A stretch of DNA of 64,000 nt, from the NCBI GenBank assembly GCA_973895155.1, contig OZ316898.1, positions 21,543,305 to 21,607,304 of the forward strand, in the 5' to 3' direction. The stretch is from Marsupella aquatica. Taxonomy: Eukaryota; Plantae; Marchantiophyta. The notes below the pieces were generated by a model, which was given only the letters and a program-made list of their open reading frames with translations, made no database searches and was not told where the DNA came from. Below, one piece after another: positions 1-13,224 of this stretch. A program made the translations under genes and the position numbers. How positions within the stretch are numbered: position 1 is the stretch's first letter; each line of letters begins with the position of its first letter.

Positions 1-787
1 GATGGGCAATAGAAATTCTAGAAGACCAATACTTCCCGACCATAATACCAGCCCAACCATGGCACAGAAGGGAATTTGAAGGTGAAGAGCACATTAAGGA
101 ACCAGATTGAAGGTGTGCGGCAGGAATTCTAGAAAGCCAATCCTTTCCGACTAAAATACCACCCCAACCATAGTGCAGAAGGGAAGGGTCTGTCGGCAAT
201 TTGAATTACTTGTTCCCAGGCTGCTTCCAAGTGCAAGCAAGCGTGGACGTGGGTTCCCACTTTAGTTAGACAAACTGTAACTTTAGTTAGAGAAATTCAT
301 TGAACGTGGGACGAACAAAAGTATTGTGCTTGCAAAAAGAATAGAGACAGTTTGTGTCTATCCCAACTTCATATTCTCGCTGCCTTTGGCAACAGAGAAG
401 AAGATTTAATTGCACAATGAATTGGTAATACAGAGCGTACAATGGTTTTGGTGGGGACAGTTGCCAACTCAACAACTTTGAGCTTTTAACTATGTTGTGG
501 CCTACCTAATTATCGCTGAAAGTGCTCAGACAATAAATGTTCACCTATTGCCGTAAAGTATAAACATTGTGCACGTTCAGTTCCGCTACTTGAATTTACT
601 AAATCGAATTGGCAAGTGTTGGATTACACATCACTTCCCAAGTTAAAGCAACTTAAATTAGCTGGAGTGAGGGTTGCCACCTATTGGAATTTGGAACTGG
701 AGTGCTTCTTGTGCACCACCATCAGCTTTGCCTCGGCTGACTTTTGGTGTAGTCCTCCCATCAAGCGTGCGTAGCCCCTGAGACACA
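1..787 (+). repeat. Direct repeat copy A (partner at 2701-3478), containing 111-bp units that encode a 37-aa repeat
   Basis: 1-787 aligns by eye with 2701-3478 (ORFs 287..475 and 2960..3166 are near-identical). The unit GGGAATTTGAAGGTGA..GGAACCAGATTGAAGG..GGAATTCTAG also recurs at 12374, 30551-30720 and inverted at 49605-49785. Confidence 0.9.
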
Positions 788-847
788 GAAAAAAAGTTTG
801 GAGCCATTTTGGGCTCCCACCACAAAGCTGAACTTTAAGTTCAGCCA

Positions 848-2670
848 ATTAAGAGTGTACCAAGGGTTAGCGCGAGGTGCAATACAATGCCCACAACAAG
901 ATAGATTAGGCAATTCAACCATACTACCCTGCTGTGCCTGTTTGTTCCCAAAAAAACCTTCACCCCTACTGGAAGGTTGCCCATTCAACCTCCTTACAGT
1001 AGCAGACAGAACAGAAATCATCACAAGTAATCCAAAAATGCAGACTACTGGACAGTACAGTGAGTACTTCTGATTATTATACAATAAGAGTGTTTTGGTC
1101 AGTGATGATGTGGTTTGTCAATAGCTTCTCATCCTACTTTATAAAAACAACAATGAGGACAGTCTGACTAGCACCGCATTTCTTCATTAATGAACATGTC
1201 TCTTTATGGTAGTCCACAAAACAAGACATTCCACTCGTAAACAAAATAAGACATTCCACTTAGAGGACCATTGCTCTCCTACTGTTCAACTGAGTAATCA
1301 CTTATCAAAGTGGCTTCAAGTGTGGCTGTACGTTATAGAATACCCCCATCCCACGTACCCCCCTTCACCTTCAATACTGTAATTTGATACGTAAAAACTT
1401 TCGTGACTTTTCTCTTTGTATATTTGAGTGCATTAATTCTCCATAATGCACCCCTTTTTTTTAGGAGGGGATTATACAAAACACCATAAATATAGTAAAA
1501 GCAAAAATTAAATATAGTTTTACCATACAAAAATAATAATTTAAATCTAGTCAAGATCTCAAGATGATAACCAAATCTTATATGGTGATACTAACACAAT
1601 ATCTATGAATTGAATCTAATATAACTAAAGAAGGTATATTTTTAGCCAATTCCATAGCAACCACTTCTTGGATGACCCTTTAATTTAAATTTTCTATTTC
1701 AGGGATTCATTTTTTCTTGTTTGTTACCGAAAAGTCACTCAAGTTTTTACGTGCATTAATGTCCTAGTTACAGGCATTATATCCCACAATGCCCTCTAAC
1801 CAGGACATTATGAATCCTATTAATACCCTTCAAAGCACATGGGCATTAATTTGCATTACCCCAGCACATGGTGGCTGTGCGTTTTGGAATACCCCATCCC
1901 TCCGTACCCCCCAACCTTCAAAATACTGTAATTTAATACATACATACCCTTCGGAGCACATTGGCACTTGCATTACCCCAGCACATGGTGGCTGTGCGTT
2001 TTGGAATACCCCATCCCTCGTACCCGCAACCTTCAAAATACTGTAATTTGAAACATATATACATACCCATCCGAGTACATGGGCATTTGCATTACCCCAG
2101 CACATGGTGGCTGTGCGTTTTGGAATACCCCATCCCTCGTACCCCCCAACCTTCAAAATACTGTAATTTGAAACATACATACCCATCCGAGCACATTGAC
2201 ATTTGCATTACCCCAACACATAATTATATACAAGCCATCCAGATAGTGCACTTGTGATGCCTATTGAACTCAAATTGCCATCAGAAGCTATGGACAGAAT
2301 ACTTGACAGAATTCCACGATCACTTGTTATACATATAGTTCATTTTTCCTGTCCATTTGGAAATTGCACAGATTAACAAAAGTATCCATAATGGTTTGTC
2401 ATCGTAGAAAGTGATGACATCAAGTCAATTTTAAGCACTCCCTCAGAGGTGTAATTGTTCGGCATTTGTAAATACCTCACAGTATATATCACGACTGTAC
2501 ACATTGAATTAGTTCTAATCAGCCATTTCCCACGTCCAAAATTGAATGGTGACACTTTTGATTCTAACGGAGTTTAAAGGTTTCAACATGAATACTATTG
2601 CTGCAAAAATGTTTAACCGGAAATGTTATGGGACTCTACGGTTTAACCAGAAATGTTATGGGAGCCTACG
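848..2670 (+). repeat. T-element upstream module, with an inverted copy at ~50165-51469
   Basis: ATTAAGAGTGTACCAAGGG at 848 is the reverse complement of the sequence ending at 51469. ORFs 798..1073 and 51307..51516 share LRVYQGLARGAIQCPQQDRLGNSTILPCCACLFPKKPSP. The inverted copy lacks about 1490-1585 and 2215-2520. Confidence 0.92.
1835..2215. repeat. ~117-bp tandem repeat, about 3 copies (about 2 copies inverted at 50335-50580)
   Basis: Unit GCATTACCCCAGCACATGGTGGCTGTGCGTTTTGGAATACCCCATCCCTCGTACCCCCCAACCTTCAAAATACTGTAATTT; a partial copy lies at 1320-1390. Confidence 0.95.
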
Positions 2671-2700
2671 AGCGACGAGCACTTAAGGAACCAGATTGAA

Positions 2701-3478
2701 GACGGGCAACAGGAATTCTAGAAGGCCAATACTTTCCAACCATAATACCAGCCCAACCATGGCACAGAAGGGAATTTGAAGGTGAAGAGCATTAAGGAAC
2801 CAGATTGAAGGCAGGCAGCAGGAATTCTAGAGAGCCAATCCTTCCTGAAATACCACCCCAACCATAGTGCAGAAGGGAAGGGTCTGTCGGCAATTTGAAT
2901 TACTTGTTCCCATGCATGCTGCTGCCAGGTGCAAGCAAGCGTGGACGTGGGTTCCCACTTTAGTTAGACAAACCATATCGAAGAAATTCATTGAATGTGG
3001 GACGAACGAAAGTATTATGCTTGCAAAAAGAATAGAGACCGTTTGTGTCTATCCCAACTTCATATTCTCGCTGCCTTTGGCAACAGAGAAGAAGATTTAA
3101 TTGCACAATGAATTGGTAATACAGAGCGTACAATGGTTTTGGTGGGGACACTTGCCAACTCAACAACTTTGAGCTTTTAACTATGTTGTGGCCTACCTAA
3201 TTATCGCTAAAACTGCTCAGACAATAAATGTTCACCTATTGCCGTAAAGTATAAACATTGTGCACGTTCAGTTCCGCTACTTGAATTTACTAAATTGAAT
3301 TGGCAAGTGTTGGATTACACATCACTTTCCAAGTCAAAGCAACTTAAATTAGCTGGAGTGAGGGTCACCACCGATTGGAATTTGGAGCTGGAGTGCTTCT
3401 TGTGCACCACCATCAGCTTTGCCTCGGCCAACTTTTGGTGTAGTCCTACCATCAAGCGTGCGCAGGCCCTAAGACACG
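2701..3478 (+). repeat. Direct repeat copy B of 1-787
   Basis: Colinear similarity to 1-787 that ends after CCCT(G/A)AGACAC. Confidence 0.9.
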
Positions 3479-4208
3479 AATTGCAGCTCATGAGCTTCAA
3501 ACGGTCTACAAGCATTACAAGCATTTGTGTGGCAATTCTAATGGTTGTTGTGAGCAATTGAAGGATAGACTTATACTGCAGATAATAATGCCGGCAACCC
3601 CATCCCAATTTCCTCATTCCAATCAGTAGCATGCTCTGGTTTATTCCACAGCTCTTGTGGGGCCCAATAGAAACTTCCAACCATGGCAACTCAAATGAGC
3701 AAGAAGCAGAAGAGGTATTCATCGATTTGACTAACCGGTGTTGCGACAACGCTCGCTCAAAAGGACTCAAACAATTCCAGTGCCAATTTTCAAGTGGCTC
3801 GCTCAGCCACTCGCTGCAAAGTTGCGCAGCTACCTTCGGTTCTGCTGTTGCATGAAGACACAAAATTGGCTAGAAAATTTGCAAACAATTATGTGAAGGA
3901 GAAACGACGCAGGTGGGGCAAGTTAATGGCCCGGGCTAAACTCAAAGCATCGATTCAGAGCTTGAAAGCAAACAAAATGGTAGTTGACTAAATTTTTTTG
4001 CTGTGGTGGGTGTGTTGACCTCGCCACACAACAACTCACAGGACGACAGGGTGAAACAAGTTATAAAAAGTTAAGTTCCAAGATTTTTGGCACTTAACTT
4101 TCCAGTGAAGTACTCACAAAACGACGGACACTAACTAGAGATCGTTAGTGATTTTAACTATCAGATTTAACTATGAGTGCGAGTTGAGCCGGCAGGAACC
4201 CTACGCCT

Positions 4209-7200
4209 ATTTTCTTTTGATTTCCTTGGAATGGTAGCCATTTTATAAATTGTTTCAGTTCCCCGCAAAAAGCCCCATGGGGAGGCAACCAAGACAGAAC
4301 AGAGGGCCAAACCTCAAAAATCCAACCGAATCCCACCTCAGGCAAGGAATTAACCTCCCCGGAGACACCTAATAGCAAAAGAGGACGACCAGCAACCCAA
4401 ACACACACCACACAAACTCACAACCAGCTTGAGGGCATCAATGCCCCCAGAACCATACATTCATTGGTCTCAACGTTCAAACATCACTGCAAAATCAGAG
4501 TCACCCAACGGAAGTGAAACTGATGCCCCCACTGCCAAGCCAGCTCCTGTGAAGCCCATCGATACATGATTTGGCTCGTAGCAGGCGAGTGCACTTCCTA
4601 CCCCGGGGGCAACGCCGACCAGCAGCAAATAAGTTCTCCACTGCCTCTGACAGGACAAGTCCCAGGTCAAACACACGTCTCTCCCCCGTCTGAAACATGT
4701 GAGTGTTTCTCCCAATCCAGAGCCTCCAGAGAATCTGGTGCAAGACAAAAAGTTGCGCCACTCGGATGGGCTCCCTCCCACAGGCTGAATCTAAAAGGGC
4801 CATCAGCCCTTGTCCAATTGGCATATCCAGCGCACTCAACAAGGTCAAACAGAGACGCCAGCAGCAGACAGCATGTGCACATTGGAAAAAAAGGTGAGGG
4901 ATGGTTTCCAGCCGTCCGTTGCACACCTTGCAGTCACCGTTGCTCACCTCTAATCTATGCGCATGGCCCCAGTGAACAAGCCCCCCACAATGATCCTCCA
5001 TATAAAGTTCTTGCCTCTGGTTGGTAAATCCGATCTCCATAGTCTGGACCAGCTCTCATTCCATCCTCTCTCCTCTCGGGTAAGAGACCAGATCCTATTC
5101 AGGCGTTCGTGATTTGAGGTCTTGGGCCGCCAGAAGTCATACACTCTACAGTTCTGAATTCTAAAATCCTTCAATGGTTCAGGTCTATCTGTCCACCCCC
5201 ACTGTTTGGCATACAGGAAGTACTCTGACCGGCAGTGTGAAGCGCTCCATATACTTTCCAAGAACTTCCGTGCAAGCAATCGATGCTCTGCAGAGAAGCC
5301 ACGCATGTTGCTCCATCTAAGCGGGAGATCCTTCCAACATCCTTCCTCTGCCGACCAACCATCACCAATCGATCTCATTCCCAGCCGGCCACAGATCGTT
5401 GCAATGTCTGTAATGGCTGAATTAGGAAGAGAATGAAAGCCCACCATGCATCTGAGTGTGTCAGTGATGCTCCACCGGGCAGGCGGCCCCCCCGGCCAGG
5501 CTCATAGGATAGATGGGCTCTCACTAGCTCCCAACATCGCCAGAGACCCGTAGTGTAGGGGAGCCCACTAAAGGAACGAGGTGTTAGTACATAAAAGCAA
5601 CTGGTCCTGGAACTAAGGAGTATCCATTTCTCCTAATAACCTTGTAGTTCATCCACCCCAACAATCCTAGATTGGCCGCCAACATCTTGGACCATTCTAG
5701 TTCTGGCGAGTTTAATACCCTAAAGCTCACCATTGAGAGAGCACGGCATCAGAGTGGCTGTGGAAATCCCGAAATCCCAGTCCCCCCTCCACTCGTGGCA
5801 GTGCCATCCTGTCTCAAGCCACCAACGGAACCTTCTTCCCTCCTGAGTCGTTGTATCCCCATAGAAAATCTCTACTGAGAGCAATAAGCTTCTTGGCTAG
5901 ACCAGCAGACGCCTTGCAATACATTACATGGTAGATCGGAATAGCAAGTAGTACTTGTTTAACTAGTAATGATTGGCCAGTAAAGGAAAGCAACTTGTTG
6001 GACCAAACAGCAAGCCTGGCACAAATTTTGTCGAGGCAGAATTTGTGCAATTGTTCCGTGCTCAAGCCCACCCCAAATGGTGCACCAAGATATTTTTGTA
6101 TCTCCCCCCTTTGACTGATATTGGCAGCCCGTGTTATTCAGCCAAACAGGGACCTCCTCCATTGCCAATGGAATCACAACTGATTTCTTCAAATTCAGTC
6201 GAGCACCGCTAGCCTTCTCATAACAGTCAAGAGCAGTTGTTGCTTCCTCAAAAGCATTCTCAGTTACAGGGATAAACATCTCCACATCATCCGCAAACAA
6301 TCTGTAGCAAATAGTGAGATCAAGCGAGATCTGCAAGCCACATAGTCTACCCGCTGCCAGCTCTGCATCAAGAAAATCCATGAGTGGCTGCATGGAAATA
6401 ACAAACAGCAACGGTGATAAAGGGCAGCCCTGTCTTACCCCACACTTGAGCTCAAACGTGTTAGATAGTAAACCATTCACCAAGGCACGTGAAGATGCCT
6501 GAGCCAACAACGCTCTTACCAGTGTGATGAAACGTCCGCTTATCCCTAGCAACTGCATACATTCCCATATATATTCATGCAAAACACGGTCAAAAGCCTT
6601 CTCAAAGTCTAATTTTAGAAACAATGCCTCTCGTCTCCTTTTGTGAACCCAATCACAGGCAAGCCAAGCAAGGGAAATGTTTTCTAAGATGTGGCATCCA
6701 GGGATAAATCCAGTTTGTTGCGGACTGATTATCAAGTATAGGATTGGTTTTAATTGCAAGGCGAGGATCTTGGCAATTAGCTTGTATATCGTATTTAGCA
6801 TTGTCAATGGGCGCCAGTCACTTAACAAACGTTTGTCCGATTTCTTGGGTATGAATTTAACAATTCCTTCACAAATATCAGCATCGAGGGCACCCGTAAG
6901 CCAAAATTCCTGTATCATATCCACTAAATCCTGACCAATAAAACCCCAACATGCTCTGTAAACCTCTGTTGTCATACCGTCAGGCCCCGGTGTTTTGTCA
7001 CTGGGCAAGAGCCACAGCACATCCTTCACCTCCTGGAATGTAGAGAGCTTCTCCATCTTTAAAATGTCCTCCCTTGAAAGGGCAAACCTTGTGTTGCTGA
7101 GCAGTCTATCATGAGCCAGACGTCTCTCTTCTGCCTCTGCTTTGGAAAAAGACTCAGGTGAGTACAATGTTTCACAAAACTCTTCAACCTCCTTCAAAAT

Positions 7201-8178
7201 CAATCTCGGGTCAGAGATCGTACTCCCATCCACCCTGCTCAAGGAAGAGATAGCCTCCCTGGATCTCTTGGCTTTCACTGTGGCAAAGAAAAATTTAGTC
7301 AATTCATCTCCTTCCCCCAACCACTTAACTCTGGCTAGCCTGCGTCCTCTATGAGCTTCCTCCAGTTCCAAAGCATGCAGTGTGTCCTCAGCATCCATGA
7401 AATCAACAATGTCCTCCTCCAATTGATTTTCTAGAATGGCCATCTTAAGTGTCCTTAGTTGAGCTCTCTGAAAAGCCATCTCCACCTCCGTTGTCCTTGG
7501 CTTGGCTTGTATCTCCTTAAGTGCTTGTCTCAGTCTCCAACTTCCATTAGTAAATCGATTACGCAGGTCCACACATTTCTCTCTTCCCACTCTCCAGGCT
7601 TCTTCGAGTAGTAGCATGTCCTCTCTTTTCCGAAGCACAGCCGAGTTGGCCATAAACAGTCTCACTTTCCCTCGCTCCACAGTCTCAGTCAATCCTGCAA
7701 TCCTCACATTCAGCAAGATCGGGTCGTGATCAGAAAGAGCCAATCCCCCATCGTGAATGAGTTCCACCTCGCTAAGCCATCCACCCATTTCACTTACGTC
7801 AATCCTGTCAAGTCTGGACTATAGCATCACTCCATTACGCTTCCTCCTCCATGTGAAATGCGGGCCAATCGCTCCACCTCTAAGCTCCCATGATCTGTCA
7901 GGTTCAATCTCATCTTCAAAAATCTCCAGAACTCAGCCTCCCTACCTCGGATTAGTGGAGACGGTCCCGTTGAGTCATTTCTACGTTCAATCATGTTGAA
8001 GTCTCCACACAACAGCCAATCATTGTGCGGCAGCGTCATCTTTAAATCATGCCCAAGAAGTGACCTTAATCTAGCTGAACTGGGAGCGTAAATGCAAGCA
8101 ATCCCAAACGTCACATCTTCCTTCGCGACCACGGCCCATACTGCCCTTCCTAAATCCAGTGCTCCGGAGCAAACTAGT
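4209..8178 (-). mobile_element. 5'-truncated, decayed L1/Tx1-type LINE (APE endonuclease, reverse transcriptase, zf-RVT)
   Basis: Endonuclease motifs CIYAP..LCGDFN (7827..8132) and SDHDPI; RT motifs KTPGPDG, WRPLTMLN, QQTGFIPG, LDFEKAFDRV, GVRQGCPLSPLLF, LFADD (5959..7788); CKVC..ETIPHLFFQC (4501..5040). Split over several frames. A-rich 3' end ATCAAAAGAAAA near 4209 on the minus strand. Confidence 0.93.
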
Positions 8179-8897
8179 GCGTTGGAGGTGGTTCCAACAG
8201 TTTCCCAAAATAGCGCTCTCCAGCTTCAGCATCAGCTTTTGCTGCCAAGGACAGGCATTCCTGTGGTGACAATTTTTCCTTCTTTGAAAGTCGCGCTCCC
8301 TCTACGTACACACCAATCACAAAGTGTTGAAGAGGAAGAGAAAAACAGGAAAGTCATCCAATAATCACTCAAAGCAAGGAGTCTACAAATTTGGCACGAT
8401 TCCGGCAGAAATGCTTTATCGATTAGCAAAGCAGGAAGACACAGGACACCTGTAATTGCAAAAGTGCTTTCCAAACAAATGCCAGAGCAAGGGCGACAGC
8501 TGCTGTCCATGATACCCTTGATCACTTTTCAGCAAAGAAAACAAAGTAGCAACAGAGGGGTGCTCAAAGGAAAAAACTCAACGAAAAGAGAAACCAGAAC
8601 AAGAACCAGAAGATACTGACGAGAAACACATTGCTGTGAAATTCAGTTGGAATTACCATCCGTAGAGTTTCCTTTTTGAAGCCAAATTGCAAACTTAATT
8701 GCCATTTCCAATCCGTCAGGTACCACTGGGAACATGCGACGGATTATGTCTTTGAGCTCCATTTTCGACGACCCTAGCAACATAGGTACTCCGACCCAGC
8801 CAAGGCATAGTTTCACAGCAACGTCTCGCAGTCGTGTTTCGTCATGAATAGTTCTCCAAAGCAGGTTCATAATATTTTCTTCTTCACCACTCGCCAT
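8179..8897 (-). pseudogene. Truncated paralog of the Crinkler-like gene (exon 1, intron and start of exon 2)
   Basis: MASGEEENIMNLL.. exon matches 26551-26791. Similarity to 26074-26800 stops at 8179, where LINE sequence begins; the frame then reads ..EPPPTH-stop. Confidence 0.85.
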
Positions 8898-9352
8898 TGG
8901 ATCTTGCAGGCTAAACTATACTGCTTACTTCTTAAGATATATGCTAGCATAGACAAGACAGCCACAGACGCAAGTTATAACAAAAGAAAGCACATACAAA
9001 TGACAAGCAGAAACGAAACCCCTCGGGTTGACAGAAATTGTAGCAACAGAGGAAGCGACAGAGGAAAGAGCACACCACAAGGGTGAAAACTACGGTATGA
9101 GGCTGTGAAAATCACCATCCACCAAACCCTAGATCACCAAAATCCCAGTCCAAATCCTGCAACCGTGCAATGTAAGGCCTTATGATCCGTAGTCTATCAT
9201 GACAATCAATTAAACATGCAACGATTCACCACCTCAAAATTTCCAAACCAGACTGCTCGCAATCCGCCACACACTTCAGTCTATGCAGAACAGACCAGTA
9301 TACCGAAGGCTCGGACTCTTATGCCGAGGGCCTCCTCGGTCGGTAGACAAGG

Positions 9353-9484
9353 AGTTGATCTCGTTCCCGACCAGTTGTGCCTTGTGTAAACCCCCGGGCC
9401 TATATTTGAGATCCCCCAATGTTGATCCGTTGCCGACCTGTTGTGCCTTGTGTAACCCCGGGCCTATATTTGAGAACCCCTAAT
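9353..9484. repeat. ~66-bp tandem duplication upstream of the Crinkler-like gene (also 27238-27369)
   Basis: GTTGATC..CCGACC.GTTGTGCCTTGTGTAA.CCCC.GGCCTATATTTGAGA occurs twice. Confidence 0.85.
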
Positions 9485-10719
9485 GTTTATGGTTATGGTC
9501 CTACCTTACTCCTTAACGAGGTATTGGTACTTGGCCCTCCATTCAGGATCTCCCTTCTCAAGGCAGATCTTGCCCTCCATTTGGGATCGCCCTTCATGAT
9601 GCAAATCTTGGTCCTTCATTCAGGCTGCTCTACCCGCGGCCAATCTGGACCGTCCATTCAGGGTGCTCAATCCGCAGCTAATCTCCGCCCTCCATTTAAA
9701 AATGAACGGCCAGATTGTTAGGGTTTAGGGCGTTCCTGCATCACCATCCAACAGACAGCTGCTATTGGACGGCCCAGATTTTGTTCACCGGGCCGGTGGT
9801 TTCCTGGGCGGGCGTTACTTAATCTAGGAGAGCAGCAGGATGCGGCCACTTCCCATTTCACTTTCTGGAAACGCTGTCAGGTTGGAAGTTTGTCGTCTGT
9901 GCAGGAGCCATTTCCATCTCGGCCGGGATGAGCTTTCTCTCGCATTCTAGTCATTCTCCTTCGTGCCTCTCATTCCGTGTTCATCGAGAGCTTGAGTAGA
10001 TTTGGGTGTTTTGTCTAGGCTCGAGACGACCGGCTGTGGTGAATGTGGGTGCGGCTGTGAGTTGACTGTTGGAGCACAACTCAACTTTGAGTGGCCTGGT
10101 TTTTATTTCTCTTTCCATATCAATTGCTTTGGATGTATGCCATCTTTTTGAATGCGTGCCATACTTGTTTTATTATATGCTTATGTCGGTCATTCTAATG
10201 AACATTTTCCGCTCTATTTGGAATCTTTTAATGTTGATGCTGAACATGACTGCTGAAGGTTTTTCTCTTGTGTTACTCCCGTTCTGACCTATGTTGCCGC
10301 TGTGTAGCAATAATATCTAGTGGAGTAAGGACAAAGTCGCTCAATCATGCCTCCGAAAACATTCCAAGGTGTTTTGACTGTTTTCTTGCATTCGGTTTTG
10401 TTCAGTACTCCCTCCGCATTGGGGGCCGCTTCAGTTGTAGACTGCTAGGGGTTGCTTGACACTTGTTCATCTCTTCCCTTGTAGGACTCATCTTGAATCA
10501 TTATAGACCCAAAACGAGGCTTCGGCTAACTGATCAATGCTTTCCCCATGAATGATGAAGCAGAGATCGCCAGAGAGCTTGCGCCTTTGATGCAAGTGGA
10601 GTTTGATAGTTTAAACATCAGTGCGAGAGGAGCTTAATAAGGGTTTAATGATTGCCAGCCAGATTCCAGATTCCAGACCAGAATTTGAACTCCCTGAATT
10701 ACTAGATAATTTATTTGAT

Positions 10720-12375
10720 TGTGCCACGGATCGTACTCGGAGAGGTGGTGGGACTCTGCTACCTCCGGTATGAGTCAGTCCTCATTAAGAACCCATTGTC
10801 CACTACCCCCTCGGCCAGGAAGCTAGAGGACTGGTATTTAGCTCCCTTGCCCCCAGGAGCCCGCGACTCTACTCAGTTTATCCCCTCGGGTAAGCCCAAA
10901 ATCATTTTCAGACGTGCCTCATTGAGACACATCACTCTCCCGTGCGCTCGGGTTTGTTGACGGGCCTCGTCAAAGTTTTGAATGAACTCCGTCATATCCT
11001 GCCCGTAGTACCTGCTTTCGTTCCAAGGGAGAGAGGCGAGGTGCTCAAACCCTTGGGTCTTCAGATAGCATGCATACTTGGGGTGGAGGATGTTCTTGTG
11101 AACATTGTCCCCCATGCGATGCATGGTCAGCTTGGCTACCGCAACCGTGGCCAAAGGCAACCCGGATACGGCTGCGGGTTCCTTCCTCTTCCTACCCCGA
11201 GACTGATTCCCGGGTGACTAGAAGAAGGGGACATCTCTCCTTCCTCTCGGTCAGGTGGTGGTAGTGCCATTGCCGTGAATATTGGTGTCGGGGCCGTTAG
11301 AGTTACCGTGTTATCCCCTTGGGCTTGCTGGAGTGATGCTGGGTTGTTCGGCGCTTGTTCGGTCATACCCCGCGGCCGTCGATTCAGGGGAGGGTGAGCC
11401 TCCTCATCTTTGGAGCTAATATTCACCGCATTCACCATGGATCATACTCGAAGAGGTGGTGGGACCGGTGGCGGGGACCGGTTCGGCTGAGGCCAAGGAG
11501 GTGTAGGTGCGGGTACGGCTCGGGGGGCTGACTATCAAAAATCTTAGGAACCACGTGCGATCCAAAATAGGTATTTTTGATAGAAATTAACTAAATTTTT
11601 AAAAAGCGTAGGAGGCAAAAGAAGGTATTATAAACTCATGTTTAGAGAATATTCTCTAATATATAATTTTTATAAAATAAAATATGTTATTAATATTGAA
11701 AATAGAGAATATTCTTGGAATTTTTTTTTTATAAAATAGGTCTATTTATATTAGGCTAGGATCGCACGTGGTACCCCAAAATATACACTTAGTTAACCCC
11801 CCGAGGGGTACGGGCATGGGTTGGCCGGCACTGGTCGTTGATGGTAGAGTTGCCATGAAGTTCTGCAGGTGCCGGTGGAGGTTTTCCAAAGCAAGTGTAG
11901 ACGGCCTTGTCGACCGGGTAGTGTTGAACTCGCTGTTGATGATAGCCCGGACCCAAGCGGGGATGTGGTCGAAGTGGTGCCGTTGCAAGTCGATCGTGCC
12001 CGGGAGAGTGAAGACCGCATCCGGGAGCCGAAGCAATGCTTCCCAGAAGCCGATATATTTTCCCCCATTGAAGAAGTACCCTGATACTTCTTCGGGTCGG
12101 TAAAGCTCGCTCTGGGACGGGTAATCAATGTTAAGGAGATAGTGGTGTCGGCCTGCTAAGCGAATGGCTCTCTCGTATTCGTGTTTGATTTCCTATCGGC
12201 GTGGGTTGGCGTGTTTTAATGAGTCGGCCAAGTGCCCTCCGATAGACAGGAACTGTGTCCAGAATTGTATGGCCGAACTGGAAAGGATCACATGCGACGT
12301 TCAGAGGAGATAGCAGGTGACTAAGGATAAGCAAGAGAGCTGGAGTCGAAGCTGGCGTGTGGACTGAAGAACTGG
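10720..12375 (-). mobile_element. Partial copy of the LTR-like segment 28605-30366 with a decayed accessory ORF
   Basis: Same sequence as 28605-29967; ORF pieces at 10873..11160 (GFEHLASLPW..EFIQNF..LGLPEG), 11136..11438 and 11746..12036. Confidence 0.6.
11519..11805. mobile_element. MITE, 287 bp, with ~45-bp imperfect TIRs and an 8-bp TSD GGGTACGG
   Basis: Ends CTCGGGGGGCTGACTA..ACCACGTGCGATCC and GGATCGCACGTGGT..TAGTTAACCCCCCGAG; TSD at 11511-11518 and 11806-11813; the paralog near 29400 has an empty site with a single GGGTACGG. Confidence 0.93.
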
Positions 12376-13224
12376 GAATTTGAAGGTGACAAGCACATTA
12401 AGGAACCAGATTGAAGGCTGGTACAGGAATTCTAGAAGCATTGACCAAGCTTTGTTTCCTTTGTATTTCTCACGAACCTAATTGAACGGTGACACTTTTG
12501 ATGCTAACGGAGTCCAATGGTTTCAACATGAATGTTATAGCTGCAAAAGACTTTAATTGGAAATGTTATGGGAGTGCGGGATTACAAGTGAGTCACCATG
12601 AATGCTAGTGGTGTATGAATACTTAAAACATAATGTTATGGGAGCCTACGGTAACCACCCGTAAGTCACCCTAATCTATACTAGCGGAGTTTAAAGGTTT
12701 TAATAACAACGTTGTGGGAGTCCAAATGTTGAAACGTCGAGACCGTGCACCCCATGTAGGAGACCATGCACCGCGCTCCCTAAATACCCTGAAATGGCCT
12801 GAAGACCGGACTCATTGCACGCGGTGTGCAAAGAAGATATGTAGAGGTAAACCCCGAACCATAAACGGGAGTTGGCATTTGGAGGATGGCAGGATTGCAG
12901 TTGATCCCTTGGTGTATTGGGGGCCGTGGGAGGGAGCCACGAGGAACAACGCAAGGGTAAGGGAACCCTATAATAAACCCTAAATGACGGGGAGGGAGGG
13001 TGGGCAGAGTTGATGCGAGGGGAGTATGGAAAGAAGGCCGCAGTGCTATCCGGGCTCCCGAAGCAGTGAGTTTTGAAGAATGGCGCGGGGATCGACTTGC
13101 TTCGTAATGTTGATTCCTTTGTATTTTCATGGCGGGACGGTCTTTTTCGGGCACTTGTGGCAAAAAGACCACGAAAAAGACCGCAAAGACCGGGCATTGC
13201 GATCATTGGGCTGCACGAAAATGT

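Larger units (their letters stand above)
8179..12615 (+). repeat. Segmental duplication of 26074-30904
   Basis: Colinear and highly similar. This copy has an extra MITE (11519-11805) and lacks about 29968-30661; the partner is interrupted by a CACTA at 30905. Confidence 0.95.

Noticed and set aside
798-1073. Ulp1-type protease motif suggested by QCPQQ
   Set aside because: The expected N..DCG catalytic motif and the upstream His/Asp motifs are not present.
1835-2215. CRISPR-like appearance of regular repeats (also 15999-16180 and 53253-53738)
   Set aside because: Units are contiguous tandem copies with no unique spacers and no cas genes; the context is eukaryotic.
8130-8310. In-frame fusion of the Crinkler-like N-terminus to LINE ORF2
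   Set aside because: The frame stops right after the junction (..PPPTH*), and the LINE is itself frameshifted.
9718-9730. TTAGGGTTTAGGG upstream of the Crinkler-like gene (also 27603) as another element junction
   Set aside because: It lacks the GTGTCATCCC terminus and may simply be a promoter telo-box.
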